From Spizellomyces punctatus DAOM BR117 (lineage: Eukaryota): a stretch of 64,000 bases of DNA. The notes under the pieces were generated by a model. The model was given only the letters and a program-made list of their open reading frames with translations. It searched no databases and was not told where the DNA came from. The DNA lies in assembly GCA_000182565.2 (NCBI GenBank), contig KQ257470.1; one strand, given 5' to 3'. This document shows positions 1 through 11,385 of this stretch, piece after piece; positions within the stretch are counted from its first letter, which is position 1; every line of letters begins with the position of its first letter. The position numbers and the translations under genes are program-made.

Positions 1-1846
1 GGGCCCGAGGTGCAGACATATGCCATTGAGCTTGCGGATGATGCTTGCACTATTGGACCTAAAGACGCTGCAGACGAGGATGCGAAACTTGTCCGTAAAT
101 GGTTCTACTGGAATATTGGCTGTGTGGCTCTCGCTTGGGCGCTGGGTTACATTGTCCAGTTTATTCATGTCTCTGGTATGTCCCTGACTCGCCGGGTGTA
201 AATACCGACTTATGTACTGACTTTTCATTTTCAAAGCTACCGTGGTCATTGCCAAAAAGTTGATCGGGAATGATCAGTTATCTACCATTCCCTTGGGCTT
301 CATGTCCTTTGGAACTATTCTCGCTTCATTTCCATTATCACTACTTGGCGAACGGTAGAGTGAATACATGGCTTCAATATGTCGAACTGCTAACATCTCT
401 TAATGTCGTCATGCTCAGCGTCGGTATGCGGTGGTCATTTCTGTTGGCGAGCTTTACGGGTCTTGTTGGGGCATTTGTGGCATTTTCAGCCTTGTATATT
501 GGATCCTTTCCCTTACTTTGCACTGCGCTCTTTTTACAAGGCGCTTTCATGGCTGGTACTCAAGTAAGACTCTCTATTGATGATCCCGTCTCGTTATCTG
601 CCTTCCTAAAATGTGGGGCCTATTAGCTCCTTAGATACACAGCGAAAACGCTGTCCCCACCTGAATATGTCTCCCGTGCCCTCTCCGTTATTGTTGGCGG
701 GGCGGCTCTGGGCGCCGTGGTAGGACCCAACATTGCAAAATATACCGAACATACAATCCATTCTGTCCAATATGGTGGCGCATATGTAGTCATGGGAGGT
801 TTGAATGCCCTTATGATGATTGCTATTTTGTTAATTGTAGGTATATTAAGAGTTGTCGAAGAATGTACCATCTTGGCTAATATTTTCGCTCATTATAAAG
901 CGCTTTCCACCACGAAGAAGCGAGGTGACTATCAAGACGCCAACAGAGGGCGTGGTAGCATCTAGGGAGGAAGAAACACGATGGACGATTGTCCGCCGTT
1001 TCCTTCGAAATGCAAACTCTCAGATTGCACTGATTGCCGGGACAGGTACGCCATGCTGACTACCATATAGAAAGCGTTAACACTATCTCATAAACTGTAT
1101 TGCAAAGTGTCGTACATGATCATGGTGCTCTTTATGGCACCAGTACCACGTAAGTCGTAGCCACATAAGAGACGTTTTACGCCGGGCACTTGTCAATTAA
1201 TCTCTGCAACGGCAGTATCCATGCTCGACAATAACTACACATTCCAAGACCAAGCAAACGTTCTAATGAGCCATATTTTGGGAATGTTTGCGCCGTCGCT
1301 TTTCACTGGATACCTTATTGAGAAAGTTGGCACGATGAGGATGATTGCGCTTGGATTTGGCTTTTTGATGATTGGTGCAGGTACGGTTTAGGGGAACTAA
1401 TCTGAGTTGTGTTGGCTCAATGTGCTGAATTATCTTTGCTTCAATGCACGCGTCCAGGCACCCTACTCGGCGGCCAGACCCTTGCCATCTACTTTATCGG
1501 TGAAACTTTTGTCGGACTTGGATGGAACTTTGCGTACGTTTCCGCCTCCGCACTCATCACAACTCTCTGCAAGACACGCAAAGAATCAACAACGATACAA
1601 GGACTGAATGAAACAGTAATAGCCATCTCTGCCGCTATATTTACATTAGCTAGTGGGGCCATTTATAGAGGCATTTCTTGGAATCCGTTATTATGGTTGG
1701 GCTTGGCTTTTTTGGGCTGTAGCTCTTTAGTGATGATCGGGATCTGGCTGGGGGCAAGCAGGTGGGATTGGAAAGATCTAGACAGTACGACAAAGGGCGT
1801 TCGGACTATAGTATGGCGGCCGGAAAAAGCGCCATCTATGGCCTGA
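1..1846 (+). CDS. Major facilitator superfamily transporter, multi-exon, probably 5'-partial
   Basis: Successive hydrophobic ORF pieces (WFYWNIGCVALAWALGYIVQF; GMRWSFLLASFTGL; RALSVIVGGAALGAVVGP; GLGWNFAYVSASALI; IQGLNETVIA) separated by short GT-AG introns. Stop at 1844-1846. Confidence 0.75.
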
Positions 1847-2325
1847 TTTGAGTCTATCCAATTGTTTAATTGTTCTTTAAGAAACCTGTCAATCCAGTTG
1901 TCCAGCATCATTTTGAGAATCTTGTCAAGGAGTACTTATTCATGTATTCGGCGCGGATGACAAGCGGTCGATCGGCAACGCTGTCTCCGTCTTGGATCAC
2001 CGTTCAGACTCAGTTGCATCCCGCTACAGACAATCTAACCCTACATTACATCCATAGTTTGTATTTTCGTGGAAAGAGACATCTTCTATCTGGACGATGA
2101 GTTCACCCGTCCAGCTCATCAGTGGTAATTTGATTCCATACCTAGATTTTTGGCTCGTACTTCATATCGCACCTCATTTTCACATATAAGACAATTCGAA
2201 CCGCTCGTATGGTGAATAAATCGACATGAGTTGTAACAAGTTATGAGACATTGGCGAATCAATTAGGTTATGTGCTTCAAAATAGAGTTTACCTAATGAG
2301 CATGAGCGCGTCCATATTTATCAGA

Positions 2326-2397
2326 GCTCGCATGGTTTAGTGGCATAACGTCGCCTTCACACGGCGAAGGTCCTCAGTTCGATCCTGAGTGCGAGTA
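2326..2397 (+). tRNA. tRNA-Val (anticodon CAC)
   Basis: Cloverleaf: acceptor GCTCGCA/TGCGAGT, D-arm TGGTTTAGTGGCATAAC, anticodon arm TCGCC-TTCACAC-GGCGA, T-arm CTCAG-TTCGATC-CTGAG. T-runs follow downstream (Pol III terminator-like). No encoded CCA. Confidence 0.95.
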
Positions 2398-3554
2398 CTT
2401 CGGTTTTGCACATCGTATTTTTTGCTTTTGATTATGCCTGTTACGCTGGTATGTAATGCGTAGTTAGTTCAAAGGGAGTTCGGATGTGGTGCGAGACCTC
2501 TATCTGTCTGTGTACCCGTTTTAGACAGCACTGCTTGTAAACAGCTGTGATATCCAGTTGTGACAAATCTTGCCAACTGTGCGTTGCTTCTATGACATGA
2601 CATATACTTTTCTGTCCATGGAGCCTATAAAGCACCCACAAAGAATATTCATTTTTCCTATTTTTTTCTCATTCCCAACATTCAGGTTCTACAGATCGCC
2701 ATTGGATCTCTTGGCTAGGGCTGCAGATGAAGGGGAAAGTTCCCGAGATCACACCTAAAGTAAAGTATGGCCACAGATGGCTTCCTCCAAGCTCTTTTCT
2801 TTGTAATTTCCAGCTATCCGTAACGGTTGGTTAACATTTGGGATATGGTTGGATTAGCGAAGACTAAGGTGGGCTCGACCATATATGGGGTTGCGAGCCA
2901 AAGACCTCAATTTCGGCATAACAGACTGTCAAAAGACTGCAAAGGATGTGCAATCAAACGATGGAAAAAGGATTTTTAATAAGCAGGAAACCTAAACTTT
3001 GGTATCCAGTGACCCCGAAGAACAAGAATAGGTCCTAAGGCCTCGGATTTAGGAGGTTTAAGGAATGTATTATTTATTTTACACGGAGGACGATAGAAAT
3101 CAAACTAGTCTTGCATATCCCCCGGTTCTGAAGTGGTACCCGTCTATCTGCACTTGCGCCTGAGTCGATAATTCTATTAGAATCCCAAAGTGTCCTACCT
3201 GGGTAGTTCAGGCTTCAGAACGGAATAATGTCGTCCCATCCGTGGGACCACAGGTCATGTCACGAATTGAACAAGAGCGTTAGCAGTCACATATTGAATC
3301 GTTAACACTAGTAAGGATTCTGTGGTCAGGGCCCCGCAGGAATGATCTGTAATATATTGTATAGACGATTCAGGATAAATGATCATGTCGGCATAGTGCC
3401 GACTCCTGTATTTATAAAATTCTGTGAAGCGTCAGTTCAAATATCTCGAAATCTTTGCGATCCACCATCTACTCCAATCGCTACATGACCACAACAACCA
3501 AGAGTCCTATAAAGAAGATAAACCGACTTTTTTTTTGTATCATTTTGTTCAGGG

Positions 3555-6333
3555 TTACCGGATACCCAAGACGCCCATTATGGGATATCCAATCGTTAAA
3601 ATAATGACCCAAGCAACAAACGACGATGGTATCCCAACTCGCAGAAAATCGCTGACATGCACCCAAGGCGTGCCCGTTCGGTCCTCCAAGGAAATGGCAT
3701 TCATATTTGGAAAGGATGAGACGGGAAGACCCATGGCACCAGAGCACATTAATGCTAGGAAAAAGGGCAATTAGCAGCGGTCAAGATATTCTTCCCATGA
3801 ATAGATAGCCACTTACCAGCCGCCATGACCATGGTATTCGGTCGTGGCTCGGGTAGACCAGACCCAACCTTCAAAATAATGGGAAGGATAATTAACGCTC
3901 CCACTGTATGACTGATAAATGTAGTGACCACAAGAACAAGTCCGGAGAAGAGGGCCAGGCAAGCGAATGGCGATAAGCCTTCTAGATGTGGCGTAAGTCC
4001 ATTGGCAATCTCGGCTAACAGGCCGCTGGAGTCAACGGCTTTGCCCAAAGCAATGCCTCCCATCGCAAGCATGACAACTGTTGGTAGCATTCAGGTGGTC
4101 AGTATGAGGTCCTGACAGCCGCTTCTCGTCTCTCTGACTTACCAGACCACAACATACTGTTCCAGTCGTCCTTTGTCAGCATGCCAGTCCCGTAAAACGC
4201 AATAATGGGGAAAATCGCAATCACCCCCATATCTCCAACAACGCCTTCCACAGCACTCTCGGTACACCATAGAATAATGGTCAAAATGGACACAGCGATA
4301 ATGTACCATTGACTTCGAGTCAATGGATGTTCCGCAAAGTACGAATGTCCAAATAATTCCGGCGGTGCAGCACCTTCTTGCGGCGATGGCTTGTACATAA
4401 ACAAGAGAAGCGCCCAGATGATCAAGTCAATGGTAATGACGACAGGGAGAGCCACAGAAAACCACTCTAGCCACGATGGTTCGGGATCCATGGTGCCGAT
4501 AGCAATGATGTTTTGGGGTGAAGAGATAGGAGAGGCCATGCCACCGACATTAGCGGCCATAGCGATTCCCATGATCAAACAACGTGCGTATGGAGACTTT
4601 TGCGGAAGATTGCGCAGAATCGGCTAGTAGTCGTTACAAAGAACCGTTAGCCGCCCTGTGATTGAGCAAAATCATCAAAGAATCCGACCCACCGTGATCA
4701 AGGAAAAGCAGAGCACAGGGGCAGCCACATTTGAAATCCACATGCTGGCAAAAGTGCTGACAAACATGTTGGCGAGCAATACCCATTGCGGTTTGCTTCC
4801 AGCCTTTCCAAGCACAAAGGATGCCAGTCCCTTGGCAATATTATGCTTGCTCAATGCAGCAGCGAGGGAGAATCCTCCTAGCAGTAACATAACCACAGGC
4901 CCGAACATATCCGAGAAGATCTTTTTGGCGGCGTCTTTTGCGGGGAGCCGATGGTACTCGGGGTGGCCGTCAGGTCCAGTCGCCGGAACACGCAGTACTC
5001 GGAAGATGACAACTAGGAAGGGAACAAGGATGGCGGTAATGAACAATGGGAGAGCCTACACAATTCATGGGTTGACTCCAATACGAAAAAGTGCAAAGAA
5101 ATCCTGTTCTCACCTCAGATGCCCAAAGCATCGATGCAAATATCAAGATTGCGAAACAGTATCGTTGTTCAAGTGTTTCAAAAGAAGGATAGAGGAGGAA
5201 GAAGATAAACACGGCAAGGCAAATAAAAATTTTGAGCAATTGTGTCGAAATTGGTGGGATTACGAGCTTGCGGTCGCATATTGTTATCTCTCTCTTTTTT
5301 ATTTGCTCTTCTTTGGCTACCGCGGCTTTTGGACGTAAGCCAATCGTCTCCCGCCTACGTTCTTGCTCGATCATATCTTTCCATATAGTGTTCCTCTCCC
5401 AGATGATGCGTTCCCTTAGGTATCCTTTCAGCTCCGTCAGTGCAAGTCCCAATTTGCCGTCGGTATGTATTCTAGCATATATGCCAACGACTCTATCGAT
5501 CATGTGATTAAGCCCATCTTTCGTCTGAGGGCGGAACGGGAGCGCCATGTCCACTTTTGTCGCCATATATTGTCGACGCAGCTTATTTGCCGTCACTTTA
5601 TCGTATTTTTTCAAGATTTTGCTGAAGCCCGTGTAATTTAGCTCGACGTAATCTTTGAGCTCACAAAGAGCAATGAACAAATCCGTTGCACGCTTGGTAA
5701 ACTTGTTTCGCATCCCTTTTAACGACTTGAGTGACCATACGAGAGATGACACATGCTCGGTGGAAGGGGAGCCGCCTGCTTCGTCAATACCAGGACGAGG
5801 AACTGAATTCCATCTCCGGGGCCACGTGCCACGGGTGGGCGATGCTGAAGATGATGAAGGCTGTTCAGAAGATGGCTCTTCAACGACAACGGGCCATCCC
5901 ATAGTTCCTGATCACGCTCGACACCTGCCACATCCCCCTGAAGTGCCTCAACTTCGGCAAATAGCTCTCTTTCCTTCCGTGAGTAAAAGCTTGATATTTT
6001 TTCCAGCTGCTCGTCCAGAGCGCGTGTGAAAAAGGCATTTCCCTCTTCCCCAGAAAGCTGTGCCAAGAGCGGTCGATGCTCTTCGATGAGCAGAGGCGTT
6101 TCTCCCTCTCCTGCTTCAATATCGTGGGGAGATGCTGGGAGCTGACTTACTCCCAGCATTGCCTTTTCGATAGCATAGATAGTTTTTTTTAGCTGTGAGT
6201 AAGCACTATTGCAGAAGCACAAAGTGACCAAGTCAGAAGCAGTCAGAACAGATGAATCATTACATGTAACATACAGATAATCTTCCTGCCATTCAGGAGA
6301 CGCATTGAGCTGTATTGAGTGCGAAAACTTCAT
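3555..6333 (-). CDS. SPX-domain low-affinity phosphate transporter (Pho87/Pho90/Pho91 family), multi-exon
   Basis: N-terminal SPX motifs MKFSHSIQLNASPEWQEDYL..YSQLKK and LKDYVELNYTGFSKILKKYDK, followed by SLC13/CitMHS-type TM region (SMWISNVAAPVLC, AANVGGMASPISSPQN, MGLPVSSFPNM). Frame change near 5880-5925. Confidence 0.92.
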
Positions 6334-6930
6334 AGTTCTAAACTCTACAAGGGGAAGATCTTCGGTAGAATTGTCCGACTGATGCTGCACTGGCGAATAA
6401 CGCCAGGTTCGAAATGGCCAAAAGGAAAACAACTTTTATACAGGACCGTGAGATTACTCTCACGAAAGGTAAAGGACAAGTCCCTTGGTGCTTTGCCCGA
6501 GGAACCTTGATTTGATCTTTGGGCAAGGCGACTTCAAAATGGCTGTCGAAAACAAGAAGGGCGAAGGGTCTCTCATAATCCACGTGACATTTGGCGACCA
6601 AATGGAAATTCCAGGTTGATAACAGCCGGCCAGCGATGGCAGCCAGGAAATAAAAGGTATTTTCGGGATGCCAGTTGGAAATGACCTTCACAACTGCTTA
6701 GATCTTCCAAGGAATAGCGTCCTTTAGGATAGTCGGGTAATGCAAACTTTCCTTAAAAGGTTGTCAGGGACCAAGCAGGTAGATGAAGCTGGTAGCACAG
6801 CTGTTCTTGCGCCAACTCTAATGGGTTTATTGAGTATATTTTGTGAACACAAGTGGGCGAGGTAGCAACGTTACGTCGTCTAGTTCTAATGAGGCACAAA
6901 TCTACATATCTAGATCACATTGCACTAACT

Positions 6931-7698
6931 CTAGAGTCCGTACTGACTGGCATCGTAAACGCGCCGTCCTCCATAGTAATTCTCATTCAACCCTACGAAA
7001 AGTGTAAAGCTTGAGCAAGGCAATTTGCACCATTCGGTCAGGGAGATACTTNNNNNNNNNNNNNNNNNNNNNNNNNNNNNNNNNNNNNNNNNNNNNNNNN
7101 NNNNNNNNNNNNNNNNNNNNNNNNNNNNNNNNNNNNNNNNNNNNNNNNNNNNNNNNNNNNNNNNNNNNNNNNNNNNNNNNNNNNNNNNNNNNNNNNNNNN
7201 NNNNNNNNNNNNNNNNNNNNNNNNNNNNNNNNNNNNNNNNNNNNNNNNNNNNNNNNNNNNNNNNNNNNNNNNNNNNNNNNNNNNNNNNNNNNNNNNNNNN
7301 NNNNNNNNNNNNNNNNNNNNNNNNNNNNNNNNNNNNNNNNNNNNNNNNNNNNNNNNNNNNNNNNNNNNNNNNNNNNNNNNNNNNNNNNNNNNNNNNNNNN
7401 NNNNNNNNNNNNNNNNNNNNNNNNNNNNNNNNNNNNNNNNNNNNNNNNNNNNNNNNNNNNNNNNNNNNNNNNNNNNNNNNNNNNNNNNNNNNNNNNNNNN
7501 NNNNNNNNNNNNNNNNNNNNNNNNNNNNNNNNNNGTGTATTCGTAAGCGTTAGGGTCGCTAGTCTCACAAAGAGCTCCGGGAGTTTTGGATTTGTTAGGG
7601 CCGTGGTAGTTTATGGCACGACGGGAGGCAGGAGCCGCAAACACATTGGTGGCCGAGACCGCAAGGATAAGAGCAACAGCGAGTGCCTTTAGCTGCAT
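6931..7698 (-). CDS. Secreted protein with signal peptide, interrupted by assembly gap; possibly bacterial-type HNH-like nuclease family
   Basis: MQLKALAVALILAVSATNVFA signal peptide followed by GPNKSKTPGALCETSDPNAYEY. The middle is lost in the N-gap and the 3' end is uncertain. Confidence 0.55.
   Translation of the reverse strand: MQLKALAVALILAVSATNVFAAPASRRAINYHGPNKSKTPGALCETSDPNAYEYXXXXXXXXXXXXXXXXXXXXXXXXXXXXXXXXXXXXXXXXXXXXXXXXXXXXXXXXXXXXXXXXXXXXXXXXXXXXXXXXXXXXXXXXXXXXXXXXXXXXXXXXXXXXXXXXXXXXXXXXXXXXXXXXXXXXXXXXXXXXXXXXXXXXXXXXXXXXXXXXXXSISLTEWCKLPCSSFTLFVGLNENYYGGRRVYDASQYGL
7052..7534. other. Assembly gap (run of N)
   Basis: 483 consecutive N. Confidence 1.
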
Positions 7699-8190
7699 TC
7701 TAGGTGATTGATGAGGTTCAAATTGGGGACGAGGGTATCGGGCTGCTGGAGAAGGAATAACAGGTGCTCTCTACCTTTTATTAGAATGCAATGGTAGAGA
7801 TATTTCTTGGCAATGGAGCCATTGTCGCTGTGCAGGACAACGGTAGCACGTTGATCACAGATGTGTACGTCGTCCATTGCACGCCTGATAGGAATGATCG
7901 AACTTTCTTGTTGTCGAAAATGTTGTCGAAATGATCACTGTCATGGAAAGCTTTGTGGGACGCGTGCGTTGACAAGCACAGATTATGGGTACGCACGTTC
8001 CTTGTGATTTTGACCGTTGCACATTTGTTCGGCGCCCAAAGGAGGAGGATAGCCAACGTGGGTCAAAACGCGCAGGCCTCGTCTCTGCAGGACGTCATCA
8101 CCAATAACGTGTGTGTTGCTCCCTACAAGAACGTTGGCTTCCAGTCGTGCGGTTAGCCACAAAGATCAGACAGTTTGATCAAGCGACAAT

Positions 8191-8661
8191 ATGCCATCCA
8201 TCGAAACCACAACTCAGCGTCTCCGCATCGATGATGGGACGAATCTCAGCATTCACAAACCTATACTTAACGTAACATCTCTTTGGACACCCAAAACACC
8301 TCTCGTAGCAAAAGTCTCTATCTTTATCGTCAACCCATCGTCCAAATCTTACTCGATCTCAACGCCGTGGACAACAAGTGACGTATGGTCCGTTTATGAT
8401 AACGATGGTCAAGACTGTCCGTTCAGAGACAAGGTTAGCAGCCAGCAATGGGTGACAATCCCACCGGGGGAGAGTGTGGTAGAGGCTAGCGCAGACTTGG
8501 ATGAATTATATCGGATCCTCAATCCGGAGGACATAACATTGCCGGAAATATTCTATATAAAAGCAAAGTTTACCGCAGAGGTTAGAAATGAGGACGGAGA
8601 TCAGGTTGGGGAGGTCGAGTTGGAGACAGATGATGCGATGGTGAGAGTTGAAGGTGCATAA
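8191..8661 (+). CDS. Hypothetical protein, 156 aa, intronless, beta-rich
   Basis: Clean ATG-to-stop ORF with protein-like composition (WVTIPPGESV..DLDELY). No family recognised. Confidence 0.6.
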   Translation: MPSIETTTQRLRIDDGTNLSIHKPILNVTSLWTPKTPLVAKVSIFIVNPSSKSYSISTPWTTSDVWSVYDNDGQDCPFRDKVSSQQWVTIPPGESVVEASADLDELYRILNPEDITLPEIFYIKAKFTAEVRNEDGDQVGEVELETDDAMVRVEGA

Positions 8662-9058
8662 GTAGGTCGGGTTTAGCATTCGGCCAATCATGTGCAGTCT
8701 ACGTTTTTGCATCTCAAATTGCTTGCGCTATTTGCGACTTTCTTCATTGTGCGTATATTGTTTGTCTACGAACATGATCGGTTTCCACATACTGCACAGC
8801 TGAAGCGCCCTGACCGGCGTCGAGTAATTTTGACCATCCTCCTTTGACTTTGGACTGATATGGCAGGACACATGTCTTGGTTTGTTACTGTGGCTACCCA
8901 GAGTTAGGCCTTGATATCTTGGGCACGTGTGCAAGCTTATTTTTTCTGGACGCAAAGAGAAGTTGGATATATGTACATCGGAGGAACGGAGCCAACAAGC
9001 AAAGGGCACATAGACAAGTAGAGAACAAGACTTCCCAGCAACGCATTGAACGTCAAAC

Positions 9059-9393
9059 TCAAGGTTCTCGTCCCCTGATCTTATCGAGTATCCCAACAAA
9101 CTCCTCGCATGTCACTAACCTCGCAAACCCATAACCCAAATTCAAAAGAGTAGCATCGTGCATGCTTTGATTCCCGCATGCGGTTCCATCAGCCAAAACC
9201 ATACATCAAAACCTCGGACAAAAGCAGATCGTGCCGTTGTTTCGCAGCATAGATTGGTCATGGTCCCTTCACCAAAACTTAGGTCTACTGCCTCTTTAAT
9301 CGGAATAGAAGACGCTCACCAGCGATAACAACTGTGTTCACTCCGTTCTCTGTCAACTTTTGATGGAGAGGTGTGTCGTGAAATGCATCATAG
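9059..9393 (-). pseudogene. Isochorismatase/nicotinamidase-family cysteine hydrolase, C-terminal half only, frameshifted
   Basis: Manual translation: YDAFHDTPLHQKLTENGVNTVVIAG / intron (gtgagc..gaag) / [23 protein letters not shown], then a 1-nt deficit in a T-run near 9197, then [32 protein letters not shown]..stop. No N-terminal half seen upstream. Confidence 0.8.
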
Positions 9394-10167
9394 TGTATTG
9401 GCAAAAACAAATGTCACACACAATACACCAGGGAATAGACTGGCGACAACCAGCCCGGAAAAGCCAAGTAATTCCCTCCTTACAACCAACTACTGCTACT
9501 AGGCCCAATTACACATGCAATACATTACGGTTGTTCTAACCGGGTAACTAAGCCCACCACCACGAGAGAAATCTTACTAAGCCCTTGATTCCGAGATTCT
9601 TTGGTCGGAGGATGTTCAGATACTAAGGTAGATCAGAATAATTAGACTGGATAATCCGCGTGGGAAAATACAAAGATAATGCATACCTGCGATCGTTGCA
9701 GCATAGTAGTAGCAGCGTTTGCAAGGGGTTCTGATTGCTGTTGCTGTCGGGCGGACGAGGTCCTCGGCACCAGAGCGGCATTCTCATGATGGACTTGAGA
9801 GTGTTGCTTGAATGTTGCGCAGATGCTTGCAAGTCGAGGGTAAAGAAACAAGAGGGAAGAGGGAGCAGGTCCCCTTTTATAGTTTTTAAAAAAAAAAAAA
9901 AAAAAAGCATTACATGCATGCCACACCAATCTGAGCAATAGATGGGGGTTCTGATTATGCGATATGATTAACCGGATTAATCCGGAAAACAATGGGTCCT
10001 AGTGCCATTTTCAATCACCTCCACACCTATGTTGTCTGCTTGTAAGTTATACGGAGCGTAATGCAGATGACAATCGCTCGAGTTTGATAATGCTTGTTTA
10101 GATAGCATCGCACCAGTATATACAATCATGTACCAAATTTCTACAAAGAATTTTCTTCATGAGTCCT

Positions 10168-11107
10168 TTAATCGCTGTCTTGCGCCAGAAAGTCTGATAG
10201 TCGCACGGGTCCCGACGCTTCCCTCTTCTTTTTCCGTTGGGACCTGTCACTTTCTCCCTTTGATTTACGTCTTTTCCGCTGTTACAGCAATTGATATGAA
10301 TGCTAGGGTCAAACGTACATGCGTAGATGTTCAATCGTACCTTTGATCTTTCCTTCCCACCCCCAGAGTCGCTTGTAGAACTGCTACTTTCGCTCAAGCT
10401 GTCCTCTTCACTGCTGCTTGTTCTAGAATCTTCGCTGTCTAAAGCACTTCCTTTCCGGCTCCGTCTTCTTGAAGGTTTTGGTCTCCGATCTTTCCGAACT
10501 TGTGATTTTTCCGGTTCGCTGCTGGACTCATCGATCTCTCCATCTTCCTTCTCTTCACTATCTGCTTTCTCAACTACTGGCTGCTCAGCTCTATCGGTAC
10601 TTTCATCAGACACTGCGTCGTGTTTAGGACTTTTTTTCCTGCGCTCTTTGCCTTTTTCTTTGTCCTTTCGCTTGCGCTTTCGTTTCTTTTCTTTCTCTCG
10701 ATCTTTTCCCTTTTTAGATTTCTTATCTTTTTTGTTCTCGTCGAATCGCGCTTTAAGCTTGCGTTCGCGCTCTTCATCGAGCTGCTTTCGGTACTAATGA
10801 TCCGAGGGTCATGATCTCGGTTACTTAAAAATACCAGATTCTCTGCGGACCTTTATCATAGACGCCTCAGTAAAAGCCCCGTCCTCTTTCTTTGCTTTCA
10901 ATGCGCTAAAGTCATCCCTTGATGCGAACCAATTGCGCGAATGTCACTTAAATCGTGTCTCCGTTGGACCAAGCAAACGTGACATACCATGTCATGCCAA
11001 ACTTCTTTCTGCTCTCTATGTAGTCCCTAGCACACATCGCCTCAGTCTCTACCAGCGCTACATGGGTATTGCTCTAAAAGTGAAACTCACCGAACCGTCC
11101 CGGACAT
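10168..11107 (-). CDS. FAM133-like Lys/Ser/Arg-rich protein, five exons
   Basis: Spliced reconstruction MSGTVRDYIESRKKFGMTWDDFSALKAKKEDGAFTEASMIKYRKQLDEERERKL, then a K-rich tract and S-rich tract, ending GPVRLSDFLAQDSD*. Canonical splice sites keep the frame. Confidence 0.7.
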
Positions 11108-11385
11108 GTTGTAGATGGGTGTCGGGCTGGAATGCGAATTCGTCGCGTGAATCTGATAACGCTGATCCTATTAGTACTACTGGCATGCACAGTCATCGGT
11201 TACACGTGATCAGACAAGAAGTTATTCGAATCTTTAGAGCAGTACACCTATTACGAAATATATTCACGATTGGCAACGTCCAGTTCAATGTGGCACTCGG
11301 AACGCCCTCCTATCTCTAATAATTTAGTTTGGTATCCTAATACGTATTCCTAGCTGATGCAGACCACTGACTAGGCACCATTCTA

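Noticed and set aside
4658-5338. Long antisense ORFs (also 56046-56822, 30715-31254, 29563-30117)
   Set aside because: Shadow frames opposite well-supported genes.
7011-7568. ORFs of 173-180 aa spanning the N run
   Set aside because: Artefacts of translating through the gap.
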